Assembly (NCBI GenBank): GCA_044223005.1
Contig: JBGAML010000005.1
Span: 96,001-160,000 of the forward strand
Reading direction: 5' to 3'
DNA from: Candidatus Eiseniibacteriota bacterium
GTDB lineage: Bacteria > Eisenbacteria > RBG-16-71-46
DNA length: 64,000 nt
Both the position numbers and the translations under genes were made by a program. The notes under the pieces are model-generated. The model was not told the DNA's origin, did no database searches, and saw only the letters and a list, made by a program, of their open reading frames with translations. Shown in pieces: positions 1 to 11,020 of this stretch. Positions within the stretch are counted from its first letter, which is position 1, and each line of letters starts with the position of its first letter.

Positions 1-777
1 GAAGATCGCGCCGATCAGCCGGTTCCACGACGAGGCTTCACCGGTGCCGACGTTGAAGATGCCGTTCGCGCGTGCGTGTGCACCGAGCCAGAGCGTCATG
101 TCGACCGCGTCCTTCACGTAGACGAAGTCGCGCATCTGGCCGCCGTCGGCGTACTCGGGCCGGTCGCTCTTGAAGAGCCGCACCTTGCCGTTCGCGGCGA
201 TCTGCTCGTAGCCCTTGCAGACCATCGAACGCATGTCGCCCTTGTCCCACTCGTTGGGCCCGTAGACGTTGAAGTACTTGACCGCCGCGATGCGGTCCAT
301 CGTGCCGTTCCCCAGCGCCCAGAGGTCGAACTCCTGCTTGGACCGCCCGTAGAGGTTGAGCGGCTCGAGCGAGGGCGTGGTCGCGTGGTCGTCGGAGTAA
401 CCGTGCGACCCGTCGCCGTACGTCGCAGCGCTGCTCGCGTGCACGAAGCGCGCGCCGGCCTCCAGCGCGAGACGGCAGAGATCCTGCGAGTAGGCGATGT
501 TGTTCGCGCGCAGGAAGTCCCAATTGGTCTCGGTGGTGCTGCTGCAGGCCCCGAGGTGGTAGACGGCCTCGATCTCACCGCGCCATTCACCGGCGCCCCA
601 GCGCGAGCGGAACTCCTCGTGCGGCAGGTAGGCGCGGTAGTGGAGGGGAGCGAGGTTCGCGTTCCCGGCATCCGTCGCGGGCGTGTCGACACAGAGAATG
701 TCGCGAACGCCGCGGGTGTTGAGGCGCCAGGCGAGTGCGCTGCCGATGAACCCGGCGGCGCCGGTGACCACGATCAC
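1..777 (-). CDS. hldD: ADP-L-glycero-D-manno-heptose 6-epimerase (3' end runs off the window)
   Basis: Read manually on the minus strand. GTG start after GGAG; MIVVTGAAGFIGS NAD-binding motif, ASSAATYG, YGRSK, KYFNVYGPNE and RDFVYVKD motifs. Confidence 0.85.
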   Translation of the reverse strand, partial: MIVVTGAAGFIGSALAWRLNTRGVRDILCVDTPATDAGNANLAPLHYRAYLPHEEFRSRWGAGEWRGEIEAVYHLGACSSTTETNWDFLRANNIAYSQDLCRLALEAGARFVHASSAATYGDGSHGYSDDHATTPSLEPLNLYGRSKQEFDLWALGNGTMDRIAAVKYFNVYGPNEWDKGDMRSMVCKGYEQIAANGKVRLFKSDRPEYADGGQMRDFVYVKDAVDMTLWLGAHARANGIFNVGTGEASSWNRLIGAIF

Positions 778-978
778 ATGCTGCTCCGGAAACGTGCGCG
801 GGCCGGGGAGGTCGCGGAGCGGGCGCACGCCGTGCCGCGGGGCGCCCTACGGTCGCCGCGTCGAGCGCGGCGGGCCGCCATCGGTGCGTCGGGTGGCTGG
901 CAGGCCCCTCGCGGATTCCGAGGAGCCGACGGCGGAGCAAGGTAGCAGAGTCGGCCGGCTGCGCAAGCCGGCGCCCGG

Positions 979-1578
979 TCAGTGCTTCCGCACGTAGTCC
1001 ACGGTCATCAGCCGCTTCTCGCGCGTTCCGTCGGACGAGACCGCGAACATCTCCACCGTGCGGTGATCGTCGTCGGCGATCGTCGTCACCATGCGCATCG
1101 TCACCGCCCGGCCGCTCGCGGGGTCGTTCATGCTCGCATCCCACCGGATCACCCGGCCGGTCGAATCCGGCGTGCCGACGCACGACACGAATCCCGTGCC
1201 CATGTTGTCGATCAGCGTCGCCACGTACTTCCCGCTCACGTTGTCGAACCCGTACAGGGCCATGCCGTCGTAGGGCTGGTCGCCCATGCGGCTCGCGACG
1301 ACCTCCTGGACGTAGCGGCCGCCCATCAGCGCCGTGACCATCGCAGTGCCCGGGATCTCCTGAGCCGGCCGGGAGGGATCCAGCTGCAGCTTCACGGTGC
1401 GGATCCATTCGCCGGCCATGCGCGCGAGCATCGCCTGCTGGGGACCCGGTGTCGTCGCGCGCGTGATCCGGTCCATGGCCGCCGCCACGGGGGAGGGCGC
1501 GGGCGGGGCGTCGGCGGCGAGGGCCGTTGCGACGAGCGTCGCGACTGCGGTCAGCGTGATCGCGATGGACATCTTCAT
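979..1578 (-). CDS. Exported DUF1579-family protein
   Basis: Signal peptide MKMSIAITLTAVATLVATALA; motifs GPQQAMLARMAGEW, GGRYV, GFDNVSGKYVATLIDNMGTG. Confidence 0.75.
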   Translation of the reverse strand: MKMSIAITLTAVATLVATALAADAPPAPSPVAAAMDRITRATTPGPQQAMLARMAGEWIRTVKLQLDPSRPAQEIPGTAMVTALMGGRYVQEVVASRMGDQPYDGMALYGFDNVSGKYVATLIDNMGTGFVSCVGTPDSTGRVIRWDASMNDPASGRAVTMRMVTTIADDDHRTVEMFAVSSDGTREKRLMTVDYVRKH

Positions 1579-1680
1579 GGTCGGTCTCCTCGCTGGGGTG
1601 GCGGTCGAAGCGGCTTGCGGACCCGCGTCCGCGGCGCGCTCGCGCCGGGGGCCGTCGAGCCCCGGACGGTCCAGACTCTC

Positions 1681-1712
1681 CCATTGACAACATTTCTTGT
1701 CAATGGCATTCT
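1681..1712 (+). promoter_or_regulatory. Sigma70-like promoter overlapped by an operator palindrome
   Basis: CCATTGACAA-CATTTC-TTGTCAATGG (1681-1706). TTGACA (1684) - 17 bp - CATTCT (1707). ATG follows at 1719, so the mRNA is probably leaderless. Confidence 0.7.
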
Positions 1713-1718
1713 GGACCC

Positions 1719-2327
1719 ATGCACGCCATCGCCGACCTCGAAGTGATCGATGATCCCGCCGCCGCCGTGGTGGCGCTGGACCCGACCCGCGCACGCATCC
1801 TGTCGGAGCTCGCGCGGCCGGGTTCGGCCGCCTCGCTGGCGCCGCGGGTGGGACTCACGCGGCAGAAGGTGAACTACCACCTGCGCGCGCTCGAAGCGCA
1901 CGGGCTCGTGCGCCCGTTCGACGAGCGCCGCTGGGGCGGCATCATCGAGCGTCGCGTCATCGCCTCGGCCGCTTCGTACGTCGTCTCGCCCGCGGCCATG
2001 GGGGAGGCGGCCAACGATCCCGAGCGCGCGTCCGACCGCCTGTCGGCGCGCTACCTGATCGCGCTCGCCGCGCGGATCGTGCGCGAGGTGAGCGAGATGC
2101 TCCGCGCTTCGCGCGAGTTGGGCAAGGGACTTGCCTCGCTCGGCGTCGACACGGAGATCCGCTTCCGTTCGCCGGCCGAGCGGGCGGCGTTCACCGCCGA
2201 ACTCACCGAGGCCGTCGCCGGGCTCGTCGCGCGCTATCACGACGCGGCGGCGCCCGGCGGAAGGCTGCATCGCCTGATCGTCGTCGCTCACCCCTCACCC
2301 CGGAAACCCCGGAGCCAGGAGAACTGA
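1719..2327 (+). CDS. ArsR-family winged-helix transcriptional regulator
   Basis: LDPTRARILSEL...SAASLA...LTRQKVNYHLRALEAHGLV. Confidence 0.85.
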   Translation: MHAIADLEVIDDPAAAVVALDPTRARILSELARPGSAASLAPRVGLTRQKVNYHLRALEAHGLVRPFDERRWGGIIERRVIASAASYVVSPAAMGEAANDPERASDRLSARYLIALAARIVREVSEMLRASRELGKGLASLGVDTEIRFRSPAERAAFTAELTEAVAGLVARYHDAAAPGGRLHRLIVVAHPSPRKPRSQEN

Positions 2328-3133
2328 TGCCTACCCAGAAAGATCCTTCCGGACGGCGATTCGTCACCGTCGAAACCGAAGTCCCCGGAACGCCGGAGGA
2401 AGTCTGGCAGGCGATCGCCACCGGGCCCGGCGTCTCGGCGTGGTTCGTTCCCGCACAGATCGAGGGCCGCGAGAAGGGCGCGATCGTGATGGACTTCGGC
2501 CCCGGCATGGAGTCGAAGTCCGAGATCCAGGAATGGAAGCCGCTCGAGCGCTTCACCGCGCTCAACCGCGAGGGCATGGGCCCCGGCTCGCCGCAGATGG
2601 CGACCGAGTGGAGCATCGAGGCGAGAGCGGGCGGCACCTGTCGCGTGCGCGTCGTGCACAGCTGGTTCGCCGACACGGACGACTGGGACAAGCAGTTCGA
2701 GAGCGTCGAGAAGGGCTGGCCGGCGTTCTTCCGGATCCTGCAGCGCTACATGGCGCAGTTCCGCGGCCAGTCGTGCGCACGCATCCCGCTCATGGCCTTC
2801 TCCGCGGTGCCGAAGGACAAGGCGTGGGCGGACCTCTCGCAAGGCCTCGGCCTCGCCGGCGCGAAGGTCGGGCAGGCGGTGAAGTCGTCGAGCGACGCGC
2901 CCTCGTTCGCGGGCTCGCTCGAGTACGACGCGCAGAAGGCGAATCCCGAACTCACGCTCGCGATCCGCGAGCCGGCCGCCGGGACCGCGCATGTCTCGCT
3001 GATGGGGATGGGCGACAAGTCCTACGTCTACGTCTGCCTCTACTTCTACGGCGCGAGCGCCGCCGCAGTGGTCGAACGCGAAGCACCGGCCTGGCAGGCG
3101 TGGATCGCGCGACTCTTCCCGGCGGGCGCGTAG
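2327..3133 (+). CDS. SRPBCC/AHSA1 domain protein
   Basis: EVPGTPEEVWQAIATGPGVSAWF motif; start overlaps the regulator stop. Confidence 0.8.
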   Translation: MPTQKDPSGRRFVTVETEVPGTPEEVWQAIATGPGVSAWFVPAQIEGREKGAIVMDFGPGMESKSEIQEWKPLERFTALNREGMGPGSPQMATEWSIEARAGGTCRVRVVHSWFADTDDWDKQFESVEKGWPAFFRILQRYMAQFRGQSCARIPLMAFSAVPKDKAWADLSQGLGLAGAKVGQAVKSSSDAPSFAGSLEYDAQKANPELTLAIREPAAGTAHVSLMGMGDKSYVYVCLYFYGASAAAVVEREAPAWQAWIARLFPAGA

Positions 3134-3273
3134 ACGCGCCCCGCGAGGGCACCACACGCGGAACGACGTAGACCGGCGAGGCACGCCTGGGCGTGCCTCG
3201 CCGAACCATTCTCAGTGAAGCGCGAGCACCTTCCGCGAAGACGAAGTCGATCGTCGCGAGACGCGGGAGCGGG

Positions 3274-3456
3274 CCACCGGACGAACACCACGCGACTGCT
3301 CGCCGAGTGGCCGCCCTGCGTGAGCCGCATGAGATGGATGCCGGCCGCCAGCTCGTCGTACACCTGCTGGATGAAGGTGTCCGAGCCCGTGCGCGGAGCG
3401 TCCGGCCCGGGAGATTCGCCGGGCGGCTCGTCCTCTGGCGGATCCGAATGCGTCAT
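3274..3456 (-). pseudogene. Probable chimeric gene remnant (ECF-sigma-like N-terminus fused to a sorting-domain tail)
   Basis: Reads ...IQQVYDEL|AAGIHLMRLTQGGHSASSRVVFVR, then TGG where a stop would be expected. Confidence 0.35.
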
Positions 3457-3806
3457 GGGCCGAAGCTGGCCTACGGGCCGGGGAGTCACAATCCTCCCGC
3501 GGGAGAGTCGCCCGCCCCGGAATGGAAGCTCGGAGCGTCCCCGGCGGCGCCGTCGGGAGGCATGCGTCACCGCGCCCGACGTTCAAGCATGCGTCAGTGT
3601 GTGAGTTCTGCGCGCCGTGGCGTTCGGTGGGGCCTGCTTGCGCCTACACTCGCTCGAAAGGTGCGACGGCGTCGCGACGATGCCGCGCCCACGTGGGCCC
3701 CCCCGATCGTCCGCACCGAAACGCAACCTCCGCCGCGCGGGGCCACCCGAATGGCTGGCCGCTTCCGCGCGGTCCACGGCACGCGAATCGCTCGCGGAGG
3801 AAGCCC

Positions 3807-4400
3807 ATGAAGTGTCTTGCACTCCTGCTCGGCGCAGCACTGGTCGCGCAGGTATCCGTTGCACAGGCGGGATCACCGCATTCGCTCGGGATGAACGTCG
3901 GCCTCGCCATGCCGACCGGCGACGTGTCGGACGTGGTCGGGGCGGGATACGTTGTCGGTGGCACGTACGAATACCGAGCCCACCCGGCCTGGAGTGTCGG
4001 CGCGACCGTCGACTACTTCGCGCTCGGGGAGAAGAGCACCTCGAGCACAATCCTGGGCTCGACGCGAACGGTGAAAGTGAAAGCCCCGGGCGGACAGGCG
4101 ATCGTCTTCGGGCGTTACTACTTTCCCATGCAGGGCACGCCGGTGGCGCCCTACGTCTCGTTCGCGATCGAGAAGACCCGCATCGGCTTCAAGTCGACCG
4201 TGACCTACCGCGGCTCGTCGGTCTCCAGCGAAGACAAGCAGGACAAGCCGGGGTTCGGCATCGGCCTCGGCGCGACGCGCAAGCTGGACGATCGCATCAC
4301 GGGCGGCGTGGATTTCGCATTCCACCAGATCCAGACCGACAACGAAGCCACCCACCTGCTGACGTTGACGATCGGCGTCACGTTCGGACTCGGGAACTAG
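3807..4400 (+). CDS. Outer-membrane beta-barrel protein (OmpA/OmpW-like)
   Basis: GGAGG RBS, signal peptide, alternating amphipathic strands, PYV motif, C-terminal IGVTF. Confidence 0.75.
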   Translation: MKCLALLLGAALVAQVSVAQAGSPHSLGMNVGLAMPTGDVSDVVGAGYVVGGTYEYRAHPAWSVGATVDYFALGEKSTSSTILGSTRTVKVKAPGGQAIVFGRYYFPMQGTPVAPYVSFAIEKTRIGFKSTVTYRGSSVSSEDKQDKPGFGIGLGATRKLDDRITGGVDFAFHQIQTDNEATHLLTLTIGVTFGLGN

Positions 4401-4416
4401 CCGAGCAGGAGTGCGG

Positions 4417-6087
4417 TCAACGCGGCGCGAGGATTCGTCCCCGCGCCGCGAGCCGCGTCGCGCGCCCGGCCCAGAGGTCGAAACGGGCGATCTGGTCTTC
4501 CGTCTCGGGATCGAACGCCACCTCCATGCCGTTGGCAGTCACGGACTCGCTGTTGAGCAGCTGTCCGCGGCCCCAGTCGAGCGTCAGGACGCGCGTGCCG
4601 CGCGGGCCCGCCAGGCGCAGCCACGAGCGCGCACCGCCCGGCGGCGCGTAGGCCGTACCGAGCACCTCGGTGGCCGTCACGCCACCCAGCGAATCCGCCT
4701 GCTGGCGCCAGAAGCGCCAGAACGAGGGATGCGCATCCCCCGGCAGGCTCGGGTGGAAGCGCGGCTCGAGCGCGGTCGAGTCCGCGGCCAGCAGCAGTCG
4801 CGCGACTTCCGCGGCCTTGCCGTCCAGGCGCCGCTCCTCGACGCGCTGCGCCGAGTCGCTGCCGGCGAGCACCGACATCGCGTCCTGCGAATGTGCCGCG
4901 AGCCAGACCGAGCCGTCGCGGACGCGCGCTTCGATCGGCTCGCCTCCCGGCAACGTCCACGCGCCGTTCCAGCGCGCCGCACGCTTCGCGGTGAGCGCGA
5001 GGCGAGCCGGCGGCATCGCGGGCGCCGGCCCGAAGAGGAACCGGATCACCGCCTGCTGGACGGGATCGCGATAGCCGCGCCCGGCGTTCCGGTCGTTGCC
5101 GAGGAAGACGATCGTCGCGTGCTCGTCGACGAACCGGCTCATCATGGTGTTGAACCCACCATAGTCGCCGCCGTGCAGGATCACCGTGGTCCCGCGCGCG
5201 CTCCGGTAGACCTGCCAGCCGCCTCCGTAGTGGGAGGTGGGGCTCGACACCGGGCCGGGCGCGAACTGCTTCGCCTGGGCGGCCGCGTCGAGCACGCGCT
5301 GCGCGCGGATCGCCTGCTCCCATTTCCACATGTCGCCGCACGTCGAGACCACCGAACCCGCACCCATCGACTTGGGCGTGAACCGTACCGGGAATGCGGG
5401 CGGATCGGGTTCGCTCCCCGAGTAGCACGGCGTGCGTTTCCCGACCGTCCAGCGCGCGGCATCGTCTTCGAATCCCGTCGAGTCCATACCGGCCGGGGCG
5501 AATATCTCGCGGCGCACGTAGTCCTCGAACGAGCGCCCGGACGCGCGCTCGACGATGACCGCGAGCAGGTTGTATCCCGGGCTCGAGTAGGCGTACTTCG
5601 TCCCGGGCGGCGACATCAGTGGAATGCCGAAGTGCTCGGCAACCATGGAATCGACCGAGATCGTGTCGTCGAACGAACCCTTCGGCAGGTACGGTATGCC
5701 CGCCGTGTGGTGGAGCAACTGGTCGATCGTGATGCCCGCCTTGTCGGGCGGCACGTGCGGAAACCACCGGCCGAGGGTATCGGCGGTCGAGAGCCTGCCC
5801 CGCGATTCCAACTGGTAGATCGCCGTCGCGGTGAACTGCTTGGCGAGCGAACCGAGGTGGTAGGGCGTCGACGTCGTCGCCGGAACGTGGTGTTCGCGAT
5901 CCGCCCAACCGTACCCCTTGTGCAGGATCACCTCGCCGTCCTTCTCGACCAGCAGCGTGCCCTGGAGCCCGGACTGCGCCGCGCGCGTCATGAAGGTATC
6001 GATGCGTGCGGCGACCGGACCGCGCATGATCGCGTGCGGGTCGTGCGGGAGGGCGGCAGCCAGGAGGACGGCGAACACGGCGAGCAT
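4417..6087 (-). CDS. Serine hydrolase, beta-lactamase/PBP family
   Basis: SLAK (SxxK), LLHHTAG, YSSPGY and HGG motifs; signal peptide. Confidence 0.85.
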   Translation of the reverse strand: MLAVFAVLLAAALPHDPHAIMRGPVAARIDTFMTRAAQSGLQGTLLVEKDGEVILHKGYGWADREHHVPATTSTPYHLGSLAKQFTATAIYQLESRGRLSTADTLGRWFPHVPPDKAGITIDQLLHHTAGIPYLPKGSFDDTISVDSMVAEHFGIPLMSPPGTKYAYSSPGYNLLAVIVERASGRSFEDYVRREIFAPAGMDSTGFEDDAARWTVGKRTPCYSGSEPDPPAFPVRFTPKSMGAGSVVSTCGDMWKWEQAIRAQRVLDAAAQAKQFAPGPVSSPTSHYGGGWQVYRSARGTTVILHGGDYGGFNTMMSRFVDEHATIVFLGNDRNAGRGYRDPVQQAVIRFLFGPAPAMPPARLALTAKRAARWNGAWTLPGGEPIEARVRDGSVWLAAHSQDAMSVLAGSDSAQRVEERRLDGKAAEVARLLLAADSTALEPRFHPSLPGDAHPSFWRFWRQQADSLGGVTATEVLGTAYAPPGGARSWLRLAGPRGTRVLTLDWGRGQLLNSESVTANGMEVAFDPETEDQIARFDLWAGRATRLAARGRILAPR

Positions 6088-6286
6088 GCGGGGGCTCCGG
6101 GTGCGGGTCGGAGAGGAACGATCGTGAGCGAACGCTATCGCCAGCCGCCGCTCGCGCAAGCCGGCCGCGCCGGGCGCGGGACATCGGCACCCGGACGCGC
6201 CCTGTTCGGCGCGAACGCGACGCCCGAGGCGAACCGAGAGGAGGCGCGCGTTTGCGCGCGTCCCTTCGCGCCCGTACGTTGCGAAC

Positions 6287-7090
6287 GTGCATCACGACTC
6301 CGTCGCGTACTACGCCACCGTGACCGTGATCGGCGCGGTGGTGGGATTCATCTCCGGGCTGCTCGGCAAGGGCGGCAGCGCGGTCACCACGCCGGCCCTG
6401 CGCGTCTTCCTCGACGTGCCGCGCTTCTTCGCGCTGGCTTCGCCACTGCCGGCCGCATTGCCCACGACGCTCTCGGCCTCGCTCGCGTATCGGGGCCGCG
6501 GACTGATCGACTGGAACGCGTTCACGATCACCTGCGCCCTCGGATTCCCTGCGACACTCGCCGGCTCGTTCGTCAGCCCGTACGTCGGCGGGCATCTCCT
6601 GATGCTTCTGACCGCGTTGTTCGTGGCCGGTCTGGGCGTCAGCATGCTCTTTCATCGCCCCGACGCGGGGGAGGTGCTCGATCGCGGCGCCACGCCGACG
6701 CGCCGCCGGCGGCTCGTCGTGATCGGGCTCGGCGTCGGGTTCCTCGCGGGACTGCTCGCCAACACCGGCGGCGTGCTCTACGCGCCGCTCTTCATCCAGT
6801 GGATCGGGATGGAGACCAAACGCGCGCTCGCCACCTCGCTCGTCGTGGCGGCGGCACTGGCCGTGCCCGCGACGGTCGCGCACGCGGCGCTCGGGCACAT
6901 CGACTGGGCTCTCGTCGGTGCACTCGCCGTGGGCGGCATCCCGAGTTCCTACTTCGGCGCCCGCGTCGCCGTGCGGATGAAGAGCGTCACGCTCCTGCGT
7001 GTCTACGGCGTGGCGCTCACGCTCTTCGGCCTCTACGACATCCTCTACACGGAACGCGAAGCGCTCGCCCGGCTCTTCGGCCGCGGCTGA
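6287..7090 (+). CDS. TauE/SafE-family membrane transporter
   Basis: GFISGLLGKGGS and GFLAGLLANTGG repeats; about 8 hydrophobic segments. Confidence 0.8.
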   Translation: MHHDSVAYYATVTVIGAVVGFISGLLGKGGSAVTTPALRVFLDVPRFFALASPLPAALPTTLSASLAYRGRGLIDWNAFTITCALGFPATLAGSFVSPYVGGHLLMLLTALFVAGLGVSMLFHRPDAGEVLDRGATPTRRRRLVVIGLGVGFLAGLLANTGGVLYAPLFIQWIGMETKRALATSLVVAAALAVPATVAHAALGHIDWALVGALAVGGIPSSYFGARVAVRMKSVTLLRVYGVALTLFGLYDILYTEREALARLFGRG

Positions 7091-7117
7091 TCACCGTGGC
7101 CCCGAGGCACGTTGCGT

Positions 7118-8215
7118 TCAGACGATCCAGTTGAAGAGGTAGCCCACCAGTACGATCCCCGCCGCGACCACGCCGATGAACACCGCGATCAGCCGCGGCC
7201 GGAGCACCTTGCGCAGTATGATCATCTCCGGCAGCGAGAGCGCGACGACCGACATCATGAAGGCGAGCACCGTGCCCAGCGCCGCGCCCTTTTCGATCAG
7301 GGCGTGCACCACCGGAATGATGCCCGCGGCGTTGGAGTACATGGGCACGCCGATCAGTACCGCGAGTGGCACCGACCACCAGGCGCCCTTGCCCATGATC
7401 GACGCCATGAACTGTTCGGGCACCCAGCCATGGATGCCGGCGCCCACGACGATGCCCGCGAGCAGGTACGGCCACACCTTGCCGACGATGTCGCGCACGG
7501 CGTCCCAACCCGCGAGAAGGCGCTCGTGCCACGTGCGCGGGCCGAGCGTCGCGTTGCCCGGGCCGCCGCGCTGCGCGTAGACCCAGGGCTCGACGTGGCG
7601 CTCGAGCTTCAGCCGACCGATCACCCAGCCGGCGACGATCGCGACCAGCAGCCCGGTCACGAGGTAGATCGCGGCGACCCGCCAGCCGAAGAGCCCCAAC
7701 AGCAGCGCGAGTGCGACCTCGTTGACCATCGGCGCCGAGATCAGGAACGAGAACGTGACCCCGAGCGGAATGCCCGCAGTCAGGAACCCGATGAAGAGCG
7801 GCACCGCCGAACAGGAGCAGAACGGCGTCACCGTGCCGAGCGCCGCGGCCAGCACGTTGCCCACCGACTCGGCCTTGCCCGCCAGAACGGCGCGCGTGCG
7901 CTCCGGTGTGAAGAACGAGCGCACGATTCCGACCACAAAGACGACGAGGGTGAGCAGCAGCAGGACCTTCGGCGCTTCGTACGCGAGGAACTCGACCGCC
8001 GAGCCGAGATGTGACGTGGGCGAGAGGCGCAGCACGGAGACCGTCAACGCATGCGCCAGCGGCTGCAGCACCGCATAGAGGCCGATCCACGCGGCGAGGG
8101 AAAGCGCGAGCAACCACCGCAGCCGCACCGGATCGATGCGCCGGATGGCAACCGCGGGCACGACGATCAGTTGCAGGGGGTTGCCGCCGAGACCCTTCTG
8201 GGGAGAGAGACTCAT
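7118..8215 (-). CDS. DUF318 permease (ArsP-like)
   Basis: [10 protein letters not shown] and [10 protein letters not shown] motifs; last gene of the ars operon; start overlaps the acr3 stop. Confidence 0.85.
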   Translation of the reverse strand: MSLSPQKGLGGNPLQLIVVPAVAIRRIDPVRLRWLLALSLAAWIGLYAVLQPLAHALTVSVLRLSPTSHLGSAVEFLAYEAPKVLLLLTLVVFVVGIVRSFFTPERTRAVLAGKAESVGNVLAAALGTVTPFCSCSAVPLFIGFLTAGIPLGVTFSFLISAPMVNEVALALLLGLFGWRVAAIYLVTGLLVAIVAGWVIGRLKLERHVEPWVYAQRGGPGNATLGPRTWHERLLAGWDAVRDIVGKVWPYLLAGIVVGAGIHGWVPEQFMASIMGKGAWWSVPLAVLIGVPMYSNAAGIIPVVHALIEKGAALGTVLAFMMSVVALSLPEMIILRKVLRPRLIAVFIGVVAAGIVLVGYLFNWIV

Positions 8216-9303
8216 GACTTCGCCGCCTCCACGGCGCGCGGTGGGCCCGTCGCGGGGAAGAACCGGCGCCGCAGCGCCAGTGCCACGTGGACCAGGCCGA
8301 TCAGGGCCGGGACTTCGACCAGGGGCCCGATCACCGCTGCGAACGCGGCACCGTGCCCGATGCCGAACGTGGCGACCGCGACGGCGATCGCCAGTTCGAA
8401 GTTGTTCGACGCCGCGGTGAACGAGAGCGTCGCCGACTGCGGGTAGTTCGCGCCCACGGCACGGCTGAGGAAGAACGAGACCGCGAACATCACGCCGAAG
8501 TAGACGAGCAGCGGAATCGCGATCCGCACCACGTCGAACGGCAACTGCACGATCGTCTCGCCCTTGAGCGAGAACATGACGACGATCGTGAAGAGCAGCG
8601 CGACCAGCGTGATGGGGCTCACGGCGGGGACGAAGCGGCGCTCGTACCACTCGCGGCCGCGGAGCGCGATCAGCGCCACCCTCGAGATCACCCCGGCCAG
8701 GAACGGAATGCCGAGGTAGACGAACACGCTGCGCGCGATCTCGCCCATGGTGATGTGGACGACCACGCCCTGCAGCCCGAAGACCCGCGGCGCCACGGTG
8801 AGGAAGACCCAGGCGTACAGCGGGAAGAAGAGCACCTGGAAGACGGAGTTGAACGCCACCAGCCCGGCGCAGTACTCCGGGTCGCCACTCGCGAGATCGT
8901 TCCAGACGATCACCATCGCGATGCAGCGAGCGAGCCCGATCAGGACGAGCCCGACCATGTACTCGGGCCGGTCGCGCAGGAAGAGCACCGCCAGCGCGAA
9001 CATGAGCACGGGGCCGATGATCCAGTTCTGGACCAGCGAGAGCAGCAGGACGCGGCCGTTGCGGAACACGCGCCCCATCTCTTCGTACCGCACCTTGGCC
9101 AGGGGCGGGTACATCATCAGGATCAGGCCGATCGCGATCGGCACCGACGTGGTGCCGACGTTGAAGCGATTGAGGAACGGGACGACCTGCGGAAAGAAGA
9201 AGCCGCCGCCCACGCCGACCGCCATCGCGAGGAAGATCCAGAGCGTCAGGTAGCGGTCGAGGAACGACAGCCGGCCGGCCACCCCCGCGGCGTAACGACT
9301 CAC
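8212..9303 (-). CDS. acr3: ACR3 arsenite efflux transporter
   Basis: [46 protein letters not shown]. Confidence 0.93.
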   Translation of the reverse strand: MSRYAAGVAGRLSFLDRYLTLWIFLAMAVGVGGGFFFPQVVPFLNRFNVGTTSVPIAIGLILMMYPPLAKVRYEEMGRVFRNGRVLLLSLVQNWIIGPVLMFALAVLFLRDRPEYMVGLVLIGLARCIAMVIVWNDLASGDPEYCAGLVAFNSVFQVLFFPLYAWVFLTVAPRVFGLQGVVVHITMGEIARSVFVYLGIPFLAGVISRVALIALRGREWYERRFVPAVSPITLVALLFTIVVMFSLKGETIVQLPFDVVRIAIPLLVYFGVMFAVSFFLSRAVGANYPQSATLSFTAASNNFELAIAVAVATFGIGHGAAFAAVIGPLVEVPALIGLVHVALALRRRFFPATGPPRAVEAAKS

Positions 9304-9731
9304 GGCCGGGACTCCGGGCGAGCAGCGCCGGTGAGCGCCTCGGTCACGAGGTCACAGACCAGCGCCTCGATCCGGTCACGCACCGCACGGAAGCCGTCGT
9401 CGTCGAGGTGCTTGGGATCGGTGAGCTCCCAGTCGAGCCGATGGCGGGCCGGGAGCGAGGGGCAGGCGTCGCCGCAGCCCATCGTCACGATCCAGTCCCA
9501 TTGAAGCGGCGGCAGGTCGTCGAGTCCCTTGGAGGACTGCGCGGCGAGGTTGATCCCGCGCTCCATCATATGGTGGATGGCGCGCGGGTTGATCCGGCCC
9601 GACGGACGCGAGCCGGCGCTGTGCGCCTCGACGCGGCCCTGGCCGAAGTGGCGCGCGAAACCTTCCGCCATCTGTGAGCGGTTCGAGTTTTCGATGCAGA
9701 CGAAGAGCAAGCTGGGGCGGGCGTCAGGCAC
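9300..9731 (-). CDS. arsC: LMW-PTP-family arsenate reductase
   Basis: [15 protein letters not shown]-loop, TMGCGDACP and W..TDP motifs. Confidence 0.88.
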   Translation of the reverse strand: MPDARPSLLFVCIENSNRSQMAEGFARHFGQGRVEAHSAGSRPSGRINPRAIHHMMERGINLAAQSSKGLDDLPPLQWDWIVTMGCGDACPSLPARHRLDWELTDPKHLDDDGFRAVRDRIEALVCDLVTEALTGAARPESRP

Positions 9732-10149
9732 GGGAGCGCTCCCGGCGGGCCGGCGCCCGACGCGCGCCGCGGGCCGGCTTCGGCAACTTGGAAGCGGGAA
9801 GAGCGCAGAGTTCGACGAGCGGGATGGCCTTGATCTCGCGCAGGCGCCTGCGGTCCGCGAGCACCACCGGATCGCGATCGAGATCGCCCTTCAGCAGCGC
9901 GAGGATCGAGCCCGCGTGCGCATTGTGCGACGTGGGCGAGAGCGCGTACTCGATCCACTTGCCGTCGCGCTGGTCCTCGACGAGGCCCGCGTGCTTGAGG
10001 ATCGCGAGGTGCTTGGACACGGTGGAGGGCGCCAGCCCGAGCACCGACTGCACCTGGCAGACGCAGAGCCCGCCACCCTCGAGCAGCTTGAGGATCCGGG
10101 TACGGGTCGGGTCACTCACCGCCTTCATGGCCTGTTCGAAGTCACGCAC
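9724..10149 (-). CDS. arsR: ArsR/SmtB metalloregulator
   Basis: DPTRTRILKLL, LCVCQV, STVSKHLAIL; first gene of the ars operon. Confidence 0.88.
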   Translation of the reverse strand: MRDFEQAMKAVSDPTRTRILKLLEGGGLCVCQVQSVLGLAPSTVSKHLAILKHAGLVEDQRDGKWIEYALSPTSHNAHAGSILALLKGDLDRDPVVLADRRRLREIKAIPLVELCALPASKLPKPARGARRAPARRERSRA

Positions 10150-10171
10150 GCACCGCCCCCCATATGATCAC

Positions 10172-10215
10172 TTCGCCATATGGCGAACTGTAGAAGCGAG
10201 CGGGATCGGCGTCAA
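10172..10215 (-). promoter_or_regulatory. ars promoter with operator palindrome
   Basis: Perfect 16-bp palindrome TTCGCCATATGGCGAA (10172-10187). Minus-strand TTGACG - 17 bp - TACAGT. Confidence 0.7.
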
Positions 10216-10279
10216 GCCGGGAACACGACACGCCCGTCGCGGATCTCCGCGACGGGCGCGTTCTCGTCCTCGTGGCGCT

Positions 10280-11020
10280 TCAGCGATACACGCCCTTCAG
10301 CCGGCCCCACGTGCGCGTCGGGATCGCGGTCGCGGCGGGGATTTCGCAGAAGGCGATCGTGTCGAAGCCCACGTTGGGATCGGGGCTCGGGCCGAAGCGC
10401 AGTTCGACCCGCGTGATGCCGTAGCCGCTCACCGACATCGTGAAGTTGCCCGGCATGCCGGCCTGGCTCAGGCACGCGTCACCGCTCGTGCTGTCGATTC
10501 CCGCGCCGCCCGCGAGCGTGGCGACACTCACGACGGCGTGACTCGCGTCGTAGGCGGTGAGGGTCGCGCCGTGCACGGCGCCGCCGTAGGGGTAGTAGTC
10601 GCCGAAGTCGAAGAGCTTGATCCCGAAGCAGCCCACCATGACGCCGGGCGCGAACGTGAAATCGTAGTCGAGCACGCAGTTCGCGGGGTGCCCCATGCCG
10701 TGGATGCCATCGAGGCAGCCATTGTTGCCGCCGGCGGTGTCGTAACTGCTGAAGGGCACCACGTTTCCTTCTTCGATCACGCGCGTCGAGCCGGCGGGGC
10801 AGCCGGCCCCGTACGCCCACGGAACGCTCGCGATGTTGAGCACCGGGTCCACGGTGCCGAGTCCTTCGACGAGCGAACCGGGGGCGAAGCCTTCGAACGT
10901 GACGCCGTGAAAGGTGGCCGAGCACGACGCGGGCGTGCACGGCGCCGCGATCGCCGCGGCGGGAATGCCCGCGGCCAGCGCGAGCAGGACGAGACACAGC
11001 CGGAACGCAGTCGAACGCAT
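10280..11020 (-). CDS. Exported Cys-containing hypothetical protein with C-terminal TWGRLKGVYR tail
   Basis: GGAGG RBS, signal peptide, beta-rich body, short terminal motif. Confidence 0.75.
   Translation of the reverse strand: MRSTAFRLCLVLLALAAGIPAAAIAAPCTPASCSATFHGVTFEGFAPGSLVEGLGTVDPVLNIASVPWAYGAGCPAGSTRVIEEGNVVPFSSYDTAGGNNGCLDGIHGMGHPANCVLDYDFTFAPGVMVGCFGIKLFDFGDYYPYGGAVHGATLTAYDASHAVVSVATLAGGAGIDSTSGDACLSQAGMPGNFTMSVSGYGITRVELRFGPSPDPNVGFDTIAFCEIPAATAIPTRTWGRLKGVYR

Noticed and set aside
7118..10149. arsR-arsC-acr3-permease operon as a novel system
   Set aside because: This is a standard arsenic-resistance arrangement.
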